From positions 480,001 through 512,000 of the forward strand of contig CP060222.1 of assembly GCA_023898425.1 (NCBI GenBank): a DNA stretch of 32,000 nt. The letters are read 5' to 3'. Every line of letters begins with the position of its first letter. The first letter of the stretch is position 1. The notes beneath the pieces were generated by a model. The model saw only the letters and a program-made list of their open reading frames with translations. It made no database searches and was not told where the DNA came from. Positions 23,841 through 32,000 of the stretch are shown here, one piece after another. The translations under genes and the position numbers were made by a program. This stretch comes from Candidatus Saccharimonadota bacterium. Its GTDB lineage: Bacteria > Patescibacteriota > Patescibacteriia > 2-12-FULL-60-25.

Positions 23841-23930
23841 TCATCTCCCTCATTCCCTCTTCTTTAAATAAAGAAGAGGGAGGCCAGAATCAGTCGCCCT
23901 TCTTTAACAAAGAAGGGGCAGGGGATGATT
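23839..23930 (+). other. Nested multi-hairpin structure (outer stem enclosing two similar hairpins)
   Basis: The outer stem pairs AATCATC(t)CCC (23839-49) with GGGGATGATT (23921-30). Inner hairpin a is CCCTCTTCTTTA/TAAAGAAGAGGG (23855-80). Inner hairpin b is CCCTTCTTT-aac-AAAGAAGGG (23897-917). Confidence 0.5.
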
Positions 23931-23961
23931 CGGTTACGAAGAATAAGTAGGTTGCAAAAGC

Positions 23962-23984
23962 GGTACCCAACGGGTACCTTTTTG
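23962..23984 (+). terminator. Rho-independent terminator
   Basis: GGTACCC-aac-GGGTACC followed by TTTTT, with an A-run upstream. Confidence 0.6.
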
Positions 23985-24036
23985 TTACTAAATCTGTTTC
24001 TCCGCAGGCCTTGCGCCGACAGCGGAAACATACCCT

Positions 24037-26676
24037 ATGGCTGACCAAATCCCTCAAGAGGCTGAAATAAAGCCTCGTTCTCCATTTGTGCAGCTTCATG
24101 CGCATTCGATGTATTCATTATCTGATGCTATGGGGAGTCCTGATGACATCGTAAAGCATGCCCTAAGCCTTGGATACGATGCACTAGCTCTTACCGATCA
24201 CAATGGACTTTATTCTGCGATCGAATTTTACGAGTCAGGCAAAAAGCACGGTCTCAAAACCATTGTTGGCGTAGAGGTTAATGTCGCACCAAATAAACAT
24301 ACGGATAAACGCGCTGGTATTGATCAACATACCACGCATCTCACTTTACTCGCAGAAACCAATGAGGGGTATCACAATCTTTTGCGTTTAGTTTCTATTT
24401 CAAATATCGATGGTTTTTACTATCGTCCACGTGTTGATAAAGAGCTTTTAAAAAAACACAACGAAGGCATCATTGCATTGTCGGGTTGTCTCAAGGGCGA
24501 AATCCCAAAAGCAATCCACATGCATGACGAAGAAAAAGCGCTTAAGTCTGTTGAGGAGTTTAAAGAGATCTTTCGTCCAGATTGTTTTTTTATCGAACTC
24601 ATTCATCATCCAGAGTCTCCAACACAAAATGAAGTCAATGAAGGACTTATTGCTTTAGCCAAAAAAACCGATCTCCCCGTTGTTGCAACGCGTAATGTTC
24701 ATTATCTGGTAGAAGAAGACCGCGAAGCACAAGATGTTTTATGCTGTATTCACGATGGTAAAATCTTGGATGATCCACGTCGTTCTACCATGTCGAGCCT
24801 TGATCTCTCGATGTGTCCACCCGAATACATGGTGGAGGCATTTGTAGATTTACCAGAGGCCATCGAAAATACACGAAAGATTGCTGATCGTTGCAATGTC
24901 GAAATTGAACTTGGGGTAAACCACTTGCCTAAGTTTGATGTTCCAGAAGGGGAGACGGAGTTTACTCAATTAAAAAAACTTTGTGAGATTGGCCTTCTTG
25001 AACGTTATCCGGATCCTGAGCAACTCGTAAAAGCAAAAGAACGTCTTACCTTTGAGCTTGAGACGATTGAGCGCATGGGTTTTGCTGCCTACTTTTTGAT
25101 TGTAGCGGACTATATTAACTGGGCAAAAGACCACGATGTGATTGTAGGGCCCGGCCGTGGATCAGCCGCAGGCTCCATTGTTGCCTATGCGCTAAAAATC
25201 ACAAACCTAGATCCGCTCTATTACGGATTACTCTTTGAGCGTTTTTTAAATCCGGATCGTATCTCAATGCCTGATATTGATACCGATTTTGATGATGTAA
25301 AACGTAAAGATGTTATTGAGTATGTGACACAAAAATACGGAGCTGACCGTGTAGCGGGTATTATTACTTTTGGTACTATGGCGGCTCGTGCTGCTGTGCG
25401 TGATGTGGGTCGTGTATTAGACATGCCTTATGCTGATGTCGATAAAGTAGCTAAAGCGATTCCGCCACCTCAACAAGGTAGACATATCCCATTAAAAGTC
25501 TCTAAAGAAGAAGCGCCGGAGTTGCGTGACATGTACCAAAACGATCCACGTATTAAGCGTTTGATCGATTTAGCGATTCGTCTCGAAGGTACAACACGCC
25601 ATGCCTCACAGCATGCCTGTGGCATTGTGATTGCTCCTGAGGCGCTCTCTGAACTCTCCCCACTCCAAAAGGCACAGGGTGGTGATGTTGATCAGGTTGT
25701 GCAATATGCCAACCATTCCGCCGAAGTGACAGGATTATTAAAGATGGATTTTTTGGGTCTCTCTAACTTATCAGTCATCCGTGATTGTCTTGAGATTACA
25801 GAGGCGGTTTATGGTGACGTGATTGATATTAACGAGATACCACTTGATGATCCAAAAACGTACGAGCTATTAGGAAAAGGGGAGACGACTGGTGTTTTTC
25901 AACTCGAGTCAGATGGCATGAAAAAGTATATCCGTGAATTACGTCCATCTGTCATCGAAGATATTATCGCTATGGTGGCGCTGTATCGTCCTGGTCCGAT
26001 GCAATTTATCGAATCCTTTATTAATCGTAAGCATGGACGCGAAAAGGTGACCTTCATGCATGAGCTCACCAAAAGCGCCCTTCAAAACACCTATGGTATT
26101 CCGGTGTATCAAGAGCAAGTGATGCAAGTGGCCAAAGACATGGCCGGTTTTACTCCTGGAGAAGCTGACACCCTCCGTAAAGCGATGGGTAAGAAGATCG
26201 CAAAACTCATGGCCGAGCTACGCGTAAAGTTTATCGAAGGCTCCATCAAAAAAGGCGTGGAGGCAAAAACAGCTGAGGCGATTTTTACCCAGTTTGAAGA
26301 GTTTGCTGCCTATGGCTTTAATAAGTCACATGCGGCTTGTTATGCATTGATTGCTTATCAAACAGCCTATTTAAAAGCGCATTATCCAGATGCATTTATG
26401 GCGGCGCTCTTAAATAGCGACATTAACAATATTGATCGTATTACGATCGAGGTCGAGGAGTGTAAGCGCATGAATATGCCGGTATTACCACCGGATGTAA
26501 ATGAATCATTCGCGCGCTTTGCCGTTGTTAAGGGCAAAAACTCGCTTCGCTTTGGTCTTGCTGCGGTAAAAGGGCTCGGTGAAGATATTTCTGAAGCAAT
26601 CATCAAGAAGAAAAAACCAATGGATCATTTAAAGATCTCGAGGACTTTGTTACGCGCATGGATCCATTTGGTTTAA
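24037..26676 (+). CDS. dnaE: DNA polymerase III alpha subunit, fragment 1 of 2 (frame lost at A6, 26611-26616)
   Basis: It has a PHP domain (FVQLHAHSMYSLSDAMGSP, ALTDHNGLY) and a polymerase core (GPGRGSAAGSIVAYALKIT, MPDIDTDF, YRPGPM, FNKSHAACYA). DnaE-like sequence ends at ...GEDISEAIIKKKK; the last ~20 codons are out of frame. Confidence 0.92.
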   Translation: MADQIPQEAEIKPRSPFVQLHAHSMYSLSDAMGSPDDIVKHALSLGYDALALTDHNGLYSAIEFYESGKKHGLKTIVGVEVNVAPNKHTDKRAGIDQHTTHLTLLAETNEGYHNLLRLVSISNIDGFYYRPRVDKELLKKHNEGIIALSGCLKGEIPKAIHMHDEEKALKSVEEFKEIFRPDCFFIELIHHPESPTQNEVNEGLIALAKKTDLPVVATRNVHYLVEEDREAQDVLCCIHDGKILDDPRRSTMSSLDLSMCPPEYMVEAFVDLPEAIENTRKIADRCNVEIELGVNHLPKFDVPEGETEFTQLKKLCEIGLLERYPDPEQLVKAKERLTFELETIERMGFAAYFLIVADYINWAKDHDVIVGPGRGSAAGSIVAYALKITNLDPLYYGLLFERFLNPDRISMPDIDTDFDDVKRKDVIEYVTQKYGADRVAGIITFGTMAARAAVRDVGRVLDMPYADVDKVAKAIPPPQQGRHIPLKVSKEEAPELRDMYQNDPRIKRLIDLAIRLEGTTRHASQHACGIVIAPEALSELSPLQKAQGGDVDQVVQYANHSAEVTGLLKMDFLGLSNLSVIRDCLEITEAVYGDVIDINEIPLDDPKTYELLGKGETTGVFQLESDGMKKYIRELRPSVIEDIIAMVALYRPGPMQFIESFINRKHGREKVTFMHELTKSALQNTYGIPVYQEQVMQVAKDMAGFTPGEADTLRKAMGKKIAKLMAELRVKFIEGSIKKGVEAKTAEAIFTQFEEFAAYGFNKSHAACYALIAYQTAYLKAHYPDAFMAALLNSDINNIDRITIEVEECKRMNMPVLPPDVNESFARFAVVKGKNSLRFGLAAVKGLGEDISEAIIKKKKPMDHLKISRTLLRAWIHLV

Positions 26677-27596
26677 ATCGTAGGTCACTAGAAGCCCTTA
26701 TTAAATCTGGTGCGCTTGATCGTTTTGAGGATCGCAATCAACTTTATTTTAACATTGAGATTATCTTGCAATATCAAAAACGCATGACGCAAGAAACAAA
26801 TTCGGGGCAATTTAATCTCTTTGCGCTCTCAAGCGAAACAGCGGCACGCGATAGACTCACTTTAAAACCTGCGCCTCCAGCCATCACACGAGACATTCTT
26901 ACATGGGAAAAGGAGCTATTAGGCCTCTACCTTTCTTCTCATCCGTTTAAAGAATACGCCGATAGACTTGGCGATCTTGTCCATCCAATCTCCAACTTAC
27001 CAAAATTTGTTGCCGAAAAGTCCGTACGCACCGCAGGAACCTTTACCATCGCAAAAAAGATCCTGACAAAAGCAGGAGAGCCGATGGTCTTTGCCAAGCT
27101 CGAAGATATGACGGGGGATATCGAAGCCGTGATCTTTCCACGAACCTATAAAGAAAAGCCCGAGCTATGGAATACCGATAATTCCGTTGTGCTCCATGGG
27201 CGCGTTCAAGATAAAGACGGCGAATGGAAGTTTCTTGTTGAATCCGGTTATCCACTTACACCTGATAATATAGATACTGTCATTGATCACTTACAAACAC
27301 AGAGTGGTAAGCGCATTGATCCACGATTAGAACCAGACGCACCGCTCCCCAAAAAGCGTGCTGAGCAAGCCATCTCGATCTATTTACGAGCGCATTTACC
27401 ACCAAGCATTCTCCATCGTATTCGTGAGCTTTTTGATCAGAATCCGGGCCGTTACCGCGTTTACTTTGTCGTTGATAATGCTGGAGGCAAGCAAAAGGTC
27501 TTATCAAGTTATCGTATTCGTTTTGATGATGCGATCTCTAAAGAGTTAGAGCAGACACTTGGCCCTGACACCGTAAAGGTAGAAACAGGGGAGTGA
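26658..27596 (+). CDS. dnaE: DNA polymerase III alpha subunit, fragment 2 of 2 (C-terminal OB-fold region)
   Basis: This frame reads TNGSFKDLEDFVTRMDPFGLNRRSLEALIKSGALD from 26616 onward. It continues through EKELLGLYLSSHPF and the OB-fold segment (MVFAKLEDMTGDIEAVIFP). Confidence 0.92.
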   Translation: MDPFGLNRRSLEALIKSGALDRFEDRNQLYFNIEIILQYQKRMTQETNSGQFNLFALSSETAARDRLTLKPAPPAITRDILTWEKELLGLYLSSHPFKEYADRLGDLVHPISNLPKFVAEKSVRTAGTFTIAKKILTKAGEPMVFAKLEDMTGDIEAVIFPRTYKEKPELWNTDNSVVLHGRVQDKDGEWKFLVESGYPLTPDNIDTVIDHLQTQSGKRIDPRLEPDAPLPKKRAEQAISIYLRAHLPPSILHRIRELFDQNPGRYRVYFVVDNAGGKQKVLSSYRIRFDDAISKELEQTLGPDTVKVETGE

Positions 27597-27600
27597 ACTG

Positions 27601-27609
27601 TGGTATAAT
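27601..27609 (+). promoter_or_regulatory. Extended -10 box TGGTATAAT
   Basis: TGGTATAAT lies at 27601-09. The ATG at 27621 is 11 nt downstream, and the track start (TTG) is at 27615. Confidence 0.45.
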
Positions 27610-27620
27610 CCGCTTTGACT

Positions 27621-28097
27621 ATGGCTCGCACTTTGAAGAAACGTTCTTCACCCACTCAACATGATGTAGATCATCATTTTGGCATGTCGAAAAAAAGCAC
27701 CACTTTTTGGGCGGTGCTTACGATTATTGCTTTTCCCATAGGGCTGTTAGCAGCAGGCGCTGCGAATGCCTCATCATTACAAGCGTTCATCACCGGTGTC
27801 GTCGCTTGTTTTGCGGTGCTCTTTGCCAATGCAGCTGCCGATGGCCGTCTGTGGATGTTTCATCCCAGTTGGAAAGAACGCTTTGACCATCCTGAGTTTT
27901 CTTATCGTCTAGCGATTTTTTCTGGCGCCGTCCTCCTAATGATACAAACAATATTCCTGGTCTTTGTTCTCTTTGGATCTACCGGAAACAAGGCCATGTT
28001 AATGCTTGTCTTCGAGCGAGAATGTATGGCGCCAAGATATGGAATAGAAGTATTTTGTCAGTCATTAGAAACAACCATGAACACACTACCTCGGTAG
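27621..28097 (+). CDS. Hypothetical membrane protein (about 4 TM helices)
   Basis: MARTLKKRSSPTQHD... is followed by the hydrophobic segments FWAVLTIIAFPIGLLAAGAA, FITGVVACFAVLFANAAA and LAIFSGAVLLMIQTIFLVFVLF. Confidence 0.55.
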   Translation: MARTLKKRSSPTQHDVDHHFGMSKKSTTFWAVLTIIAFPIGLLAAGAANASSLQAFITGVVACFAVLFANAAADGRLWMFHPSWKERFDHPEFSYRLAIFSGAVLLMIQTIFLVFVLFGSTGNKAMLMLVFERECMAPRYGIEVFCQSLETTMNTLPR

Positions 28098-28111
28098 TGT
28101 GTTCTGTTTTT
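28081..28111 (+). terminator. Rho-independent terminator
   Basis: ACACACTAC-ctcg-GTAGTGTGT followed by TCTGTTTTT. It overlaps the stop codon. Confidence 0.55.
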
Positions 28112-28153
28112 GAGTCATAAAAATGTGCTAGGGGTGATTCTGTCTGCACGGCA

Positions 28154-28162
28154 TGCTATTAT
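28154..28162 (+). promoter_or_regulatory. Extended -10 box TGCTATTAT, 7 nt before an ATG (leaderless layout)
   Basis: TGCTATTAT lies at 28154-62 and the ATG at 28170. Confidence 0.5.
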
Positions 28163-28169
28163 GCAATGT

Positions 28170-29519
28170 ATGCGGATAACTTTTTTTGGCGCCTCACGTG
28201 AAGTCACTGGCTCTTGTTACCTTGTAGAAAGCGCAAAAGGCAAAATCCTTATTGATTGCGGGATGTTTCAAGGCTGTAAACTCTGCGGAGCGCAAAACTT
28301 TGCTGACTTTCCTTTTAATGCCTCAGAAATCGATGCGGTTTGCATCACTCATGCGCATTTAGATCATACTGGCCGTATCCCAAAGCTTATGAAGGCCGGT
28401 TTTCGCGGTAAAGTATATGCGACACCTCCATCAGTAAAACTAGCCTCTCTTGTATTAGAAGACGCCTACAAAATCATGGATTCGGATTATCGACGCGAAT
28501 ATCGACCAAAGCTCTACGAAGAAGAGGATATTGCGAGAGCTCTCAAAAGCTTCGTTGGCGTTGAGTATTTAAAACCTATTACCATCAAAGACCTCACTAT
28601 TACCTTTAAAGACGCGGGTCATATTTTTGGTAGTTCATTTATCGAAGTACGCGAGAAAAATGGAGGGTCAGCTGCTTTTTCGGGCGACCTAGGCAATGAC
28701 GGTGCACAGATTTTAAAAGAAACAAATGCCCTAGGCGCTGTAGATGCACTTATCATTGAATCCACCTATGGCAATCGTATCCATGAAGACGAGAAGACAA
28801 GGGAGTCTAAATTAAGAACGGTCATTGAAAGAACAATAAAACAAAAAGGCGTTCTTATTATCCCAGCATTTGCGATCGAACGCACCCAGCAATTACTCTA
28901 TGAGATGAATCATCTTGTCGAAAATCGCATTATCCCACGCGTGGATACCTATTTAGATAGCCCAATGGCCATTAAAGCGACCGACATCGTAAAAGAGTAC
29001 CCACAATATTACGATCAAGAAGCATTTAAACTTGTCGCAAGTGGTGACGATATGTTTGATTTTCCGGGCTTAACACTCGCACTAACAAAAGACGAATCCA
29101 AGCTTATTAACTCTGCACCAAAACCAAAGATTATCATCTCTGGCTCTGGCATGATGAATGGCGGCCGAGTATTACATCACTTGATTCGTTATTTGAGCAG
29201 TCCATCAACGACGGTATTAATTATTGGCTATCAAGCCGAAGGTACGCTAGGCAGACAACTCTATCACGGAGACAAGTCAGTAGAGATTTATGGGGAGCGG
29301 GTAAGTGTAAAAGCAAAGATCGAAAGTATTGGGGCGTATAGTGCTCACGCCGATCAAAATAAACTTGTGAGCTGGGTAGCAAATGCTGAGGCAAAACCTA
29401 AGCGTATTTTCTGCACCCATGGAGAAGAGGGCGCGGCAATAGCCCTCGCGACGCGTTTACAAAAAGAACTTGGTATTATTAGTGACGCGCCACGTTATGG
29501 TGATAGCTTTACCGTATGA
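28170..29519 (+). CDS. Metallo-beta-lactamase / beta-CASP family RNA-processing nuclease
   Basis: The ATG at 28170 inside track ORF 28110..29519 gives MRITFFGASREVTGSCYLVES. The HxHxDH motif is ITHAHLDHTGRIP. FKDAGHIFGS, IIESTYG and the C-terminal GAYSAHADQNKL and CTHGE motifs are also present. Confidence 0.85.
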   Translation: MRITFFGASREVTGSCYLVESAKGKILIDCGMFQGCKLCGAQNFADFPFNASEIDAVCITHAHLDHTGRIPKLMKAGFRGKVYATPPSVKLASLVLEDAYKIMDSDYRREYRPKLYEEEDIARALKSFVGVEYLKPITIKDLTITFKDAGHIFGSSFIEVREKNGGSAAFSGDLGNDGAQILKETNALGAVDALIIESTYGNRIHEDEKTRESKLRTVIERTIKQKGVLIIPAFAIERTQQLLYEMNHLVENRIIPRVDTYLDSPMAIKATDIVKEYPQYYDQEAFKLVASGDDMFDFPGLTLALTKDESKLINSAPKPKIIISGSGMMNGGRVLHHLIRYLSSPSTTVLIIGYQAEGTLGRQLYHGDKSVEIYGERVSVKAKIESIGAYSAHADQNKLVSWVANAEAKPKRIFCTHGEEGAAIALATRLQKELGIISDAPRYGDSFTV

Positions 29520-30424
29520 GCGCTATCTTTTTTGCCATTATTGGGCATCTTGCCAATGCCATTGCCTCGCTCATTGATAAACTTCTTTTAGAGACTGGTT
29601 TTAAACACCCTGCGACGTATGCGGTTGCAATAGGTGGGCTCTCTACAATCACCTTATTCGCTTGGCCATTTTTCAGCTTTCCAACGTTAAGCTGGCAAAT
29701 CATTGCGCATGCTATTTTATTTGGCGCAGGATTCTTTCTAGGGCTATGGAGATTCTTTGCGGGATTAAAGAAAACAGAGGCAGGATCATTTGTGCCATTA
29801 ACAGCAGCCGCTGTCGCACTATTTAGCCTTTCACTCGAAGTCTTTCTCGCTTGGGACTTTACTGCCTTCACGACACATCCAATGCTTTTGGGAGGTATCG
29901 TCTTGCTCGTCTCTTCGATGTTATTGATCGCCGTTACAAATCGAACCTCTGGACAAACCGTTGCGTTGCAGCCGTCATTAGAAAGTGCTGCGTTCTTTGC
30001 CATCTCATCGGTAAATGCAACGTTTCTTTATCATGAAACAGATTTCGTCCAAGGATTTTTCTTGTCACGTGTTGCTGTACTTATCTGTGTAGCACTCGCC
30101 CTTGTACTTATTACGGATGTAAGAACTGAACTTTTCCAGAAAAAAGCAAAAGAGAAGAAACCATTTAAGCTCTTTTTCGTGGGGCAAGCAATTGGAGCGG
30201 TAGGATTTTTTGGCGTGCAGTATGCACTTTCGTTGCCAGACGGATCAGCATCGGTTGTAAACGCCCTTCAGGCCGTTCAGTTTGGTGCATTAGCGATTAT
30301 AACAGGGCTATTCGGCAAGTGGCTTCCACATGCTCTCAAAGAACACTGGTCGGGTATGGTTGCCTTCCTTAAGATTTTAGCATTGGTTTTTGCGGCACTT
30401 GGCTTGTCACTGATCACAAAGTAA
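29516..30424 (+). CDS. Polytopic membrane protein, EamA/DMT-like (about 10 TM helices)
   Basis: 302 aa. The start overlaps the upstream stop (ATGA). It has two halves of about five helices each. The family assignment rests on topology and general appearance only. Confidence 0.45.
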   Translation: MSAIFFAIIGHLANAIASLIDKLLLETGFKHPATYAVAIGGLSTITLFAWPFFSFPTLSWQIIAHAILFGAGFFLGLWRFFAGLKKTEAGSFVPLTAAAVALFSLSLEVFLAWDFTAFTTHPMLLGGIVLLVSSMLLIAVTNRTSGQTVALQPSLESAAFFAISSVNATFLYHETDFVQGFFLSRVAVLICVALALVLITDVRTELFQKKAKEKKPFKLFFVGQAIGAVGFFGVQYALSLPDGSASVVNALQAVQFGALAIITGLFGKWLPHALKEHWSGMVAFLKILALVFAALGLSLITK

Positions 30425-30439
30425 TACAGTATTGTATTT

Positions 30440-31462
30440 ATGAAACGTTTTTCTCTTTGGCGGTATCGTTTTCTCTGCGTCTTTATTTTCACGCTGGGAC
30501 TTCTGCTCGCATTTCTTTTTATTGGCTGGCCAAAGACAACAAAGCACATCACTTATGGCATCACTTGGAGCATCCCGTATGCGCAGTTTTTAGGCGTTGA
30601 CTCACAGGATGGACTATCTGCCGTTTTAACGGAAATGAACATAAAACATGTACGCCTTCCTGCTTACTGGCCTCTCGTAGAACCGTCACCAGATCTTTTA
30701 CAGACTGCTTGGCTAAAAGCACAGCTAGACATTGTAGAAAAAAACGGAGCAAAAGCGACGGTTGTATTAGGCGCTCGTCAACCGCGCTGGCCAGAATGCT
30801 GGATCCCTGACTGGGCGCTGGCACGAACAGAGCAAGAACAGAAAGACGCCCAGCTGGTTTATATTGATCATGTTTTTGAGACGCTTAAAGACCATCCGGC
30901 TATCAGCGCCTGGCAAATAGAAAACGAAGCTAACCTACGCTCATTTATGAAATGTCGAGGTAACGATAATGCATTTGTAAAACAAGAGATCGACCGTATA
31001 CGAGCCATGGAGCAATCAAGACCAAACCCAAGACCTATTGTCACAACCGAGAGCGGAGAGCTAACAAGCTGGCTTACTTTTGCAATGAACGCCGATCAAA
31101 TTGGTTTTAGTGTTTATCGTGTGGTACGTCAGCCTTCTGGTTGGGTATTTCGCTACACTCTCGTACCTCCATGGTTCTATGGACGCAAAGCCGCATTACT
31201 ATCGCCATTTATCAAAAAAACTTACGTAAGTGAGTTTCAGATGGAGCCTTGGGCGACAACGGATATTCGAGAGGCCACCCCACAAGAGAATAATGAGACC
31301 TTTTCCGTAAAAGATGTTGATGCGCACTTTGATTATGCGGAAAAAATGGGCTACCAGCAGATTGATCTCTGGGGAGCTGAATGGTGGTATTGGATGAAGA
31401 CGCAAAAGGGGAATGCTGACTATTGGAATGCGATAAAAGAACGCGTAAATCTAGCGCAATAA
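30440..31462 (+). CDS. Membrane-anchored glycoside hydrolase-like protein (clan GH-A TIM barrel, GH5/GH42-like)
   Basis: 340 aa with an N-terminal TM helix ([20 protein letters not shown]). WQIENEAN is a candidate acid/base Asn-Glu motif. [10 protein letters not shown] is a candidate nucleophile Glu. Confidence 0.5.
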   Translation: MKRFSLWRYRFLCVFIFTLGLLLAFLFIGWPKTTKHITYGITWSIPYAQFLGVDSQDGLSAVLTEMNIKHVRLPAYWPLVEPSPDLLQTAWLKAQLDIVEKNGAKATVVLGARQPRWPECWIPDWALARTEQEQKDAQLVYIDHVFETLKDHPAISAWQIENEANLRSFMKCRGNDNAFVKQEIDRIRAMEQSRPNPRPIVTTESGELTSWLTFAMNADQIGFSVYRVVRQPSGWVFRYTLVPPWFYGRKAALLSPFIKKTYVSEFQMEPWATTDIREATPQENNETFSVKDVDAHFDYAEKMGYQQIDLWGAEWWYWMKTQKGNADYWNAIKERVNLAQ

Positions 31463-31478
31463 TCTAAAATTCTTTGAG

Positions 31479-31507
31479 TTGACAATTATCGCGTATTTCT
31501 TTATAAT
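31479..31507 (+). promoter_or_regulatory. Consensus sigma70-type promoter of typA
   Basis: TTGACA (31479-84), a 17-nt spacer, then TATAAT (31502-07). The ATG lies 13 nt downstream with no SD. Confidence 0.6.
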
Positions 31508-31520
31508 CCGCGCATTCTCT

Positions 31521-32000
31521 ATGTTAGACATCCGAAATATTGCGATTATCGCCCACGTTGACCACGGTAAAACAACCCTCGCCGACGCCCTCATGAAACA
31601 GTCAGATACTTTTAAAGACGCAGGTCTTGAAGGTGAGGCTATTCTTGATTCTAATGAACTCGAACGTGAGCGTGGTATTACCATTCTCGCAAAGAACATT
31701 GCCGTTATGTACAACGGCACAAAGATTAATATTGTTGACACTCCAGGTCACGCGGACTTTGGTGGTGAAGTAGAACGTATCATGAGCCTTGTAGACGGCG
31801 CTCTTTTGCTTGTTGATGCAAAAGAAGGTCCAATGCCTCAAACGCGCTTTGTATTAAAGAAGGCGATCGAAGCAGGTCATCGCATTATCGTTGTTATTAA
31901 CAAGATTGATAAACCAGAAGCTCGTCTTGATTGGGTACTTGATCAAACATTTGATCTTTTCGTTACCCTTGGCGCTTCTGACGCGCAAGCTGACTTCCCA
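31521..32000 (+). CDS. typA: Translational GTPase TypA/BipA, N-terminal part (runs off the window)
   Basis: Not in the track because it is open ended. The ATG at 31521 gives [25 protein letters not shown] (G1). [14 protein letters not shown] (G3) and VVINKIDKP (G4) follow. I read 160 codons with no stop. Confidence 0.9.
   Translation, partial: MLDIRNIAIIAHVDHGKTTLADALMKQSDTFKDAGLEGEAILDSNELERERGITILAKNIAVMYNGTKINIVDTPGHADFGGEVERIMSLVDGALLLVDAKEGPMPQTRFVLKKAIEAGHRIIVVINKIDKPEARLDWVLDQTFDLFVTLGASDAQADFP

Noticed and set aside
23890-24105. A 71-aa minus-strand ORF between the island and dnaE
   Set aside because: It is composed of the hairpin and terminator sequences and overlaps the dnaE start. 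It has no start context and a Cys/Arg-rich nonsense composition.
26600-26625. Programmed -1 ribosomal frameshift in dnaE, by analogy with dnaX
   Set aside because: No programmed frameshift is known for dnaE. No downstream stimulatory hairpin is evident. Nine other breaks of the same kind occur in unrelated genes in this window, so sequence error is far more likely. It is kept only as an alternative to exclude.

Overview
Hand-read only: no searches or computations were run, and GC values come from a few hand-counted 60-mers. The window looks like a chromosomal segment of a small-genome, uncultivated bacterium. A CPR/Patescibacteria origin is my inference, from a TrbC/VirB2-like pilin protein, tight operons and many orphan secreted proteins. 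Bases 1-7908 form one minus-strand operon: lemA, htpX, clpC, an acidic protein, a small membrane protein, a TolB-like propeller, a DsbA-like protein without CXXC, and a Cys-rich pilin/SLT fusion. From 8128 onward almost everything is on the plus strand: a duplicated small-protein + LRR cassette, phosphomannomutase, murI, rseP, pheS, a membrane ORF, pheT, an accessory block (16.6-24.0 kb), dnaE, a membrane protein, a beta-CASP RNase, an EamA-like protein, a GH-A-like glycosidase, and typA running off the end. The accessory block has two parts. The first is a GC-rich array of three divergent lipoprotein-like paralogues (16754-20560). Each is followed by the same 11-bp-stem hairpin, and they are separated by a ~155-nt intergenic module that is far better conserved than the genes. 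The second is an AT-rich block of orphan genes (20.6-23.9 kb) with their own promoters and terminators. Two window-wide patterns stand out. (1) About ten reading-frame breaks, nearly all equivalent to one missing base in a short homopolymer, hit essential genes (pheT twice, dnaE once) as well as accessory genes. Uncorrected assembly indels are the most likely cause. (2) An extended -10 box (TGnTATnnT) sits 5-8 nt upstream of the ATG of many genes, implying leaderless mRNAs. I found no rRNA, tRNA, CRISPR array, transposase or integrase.
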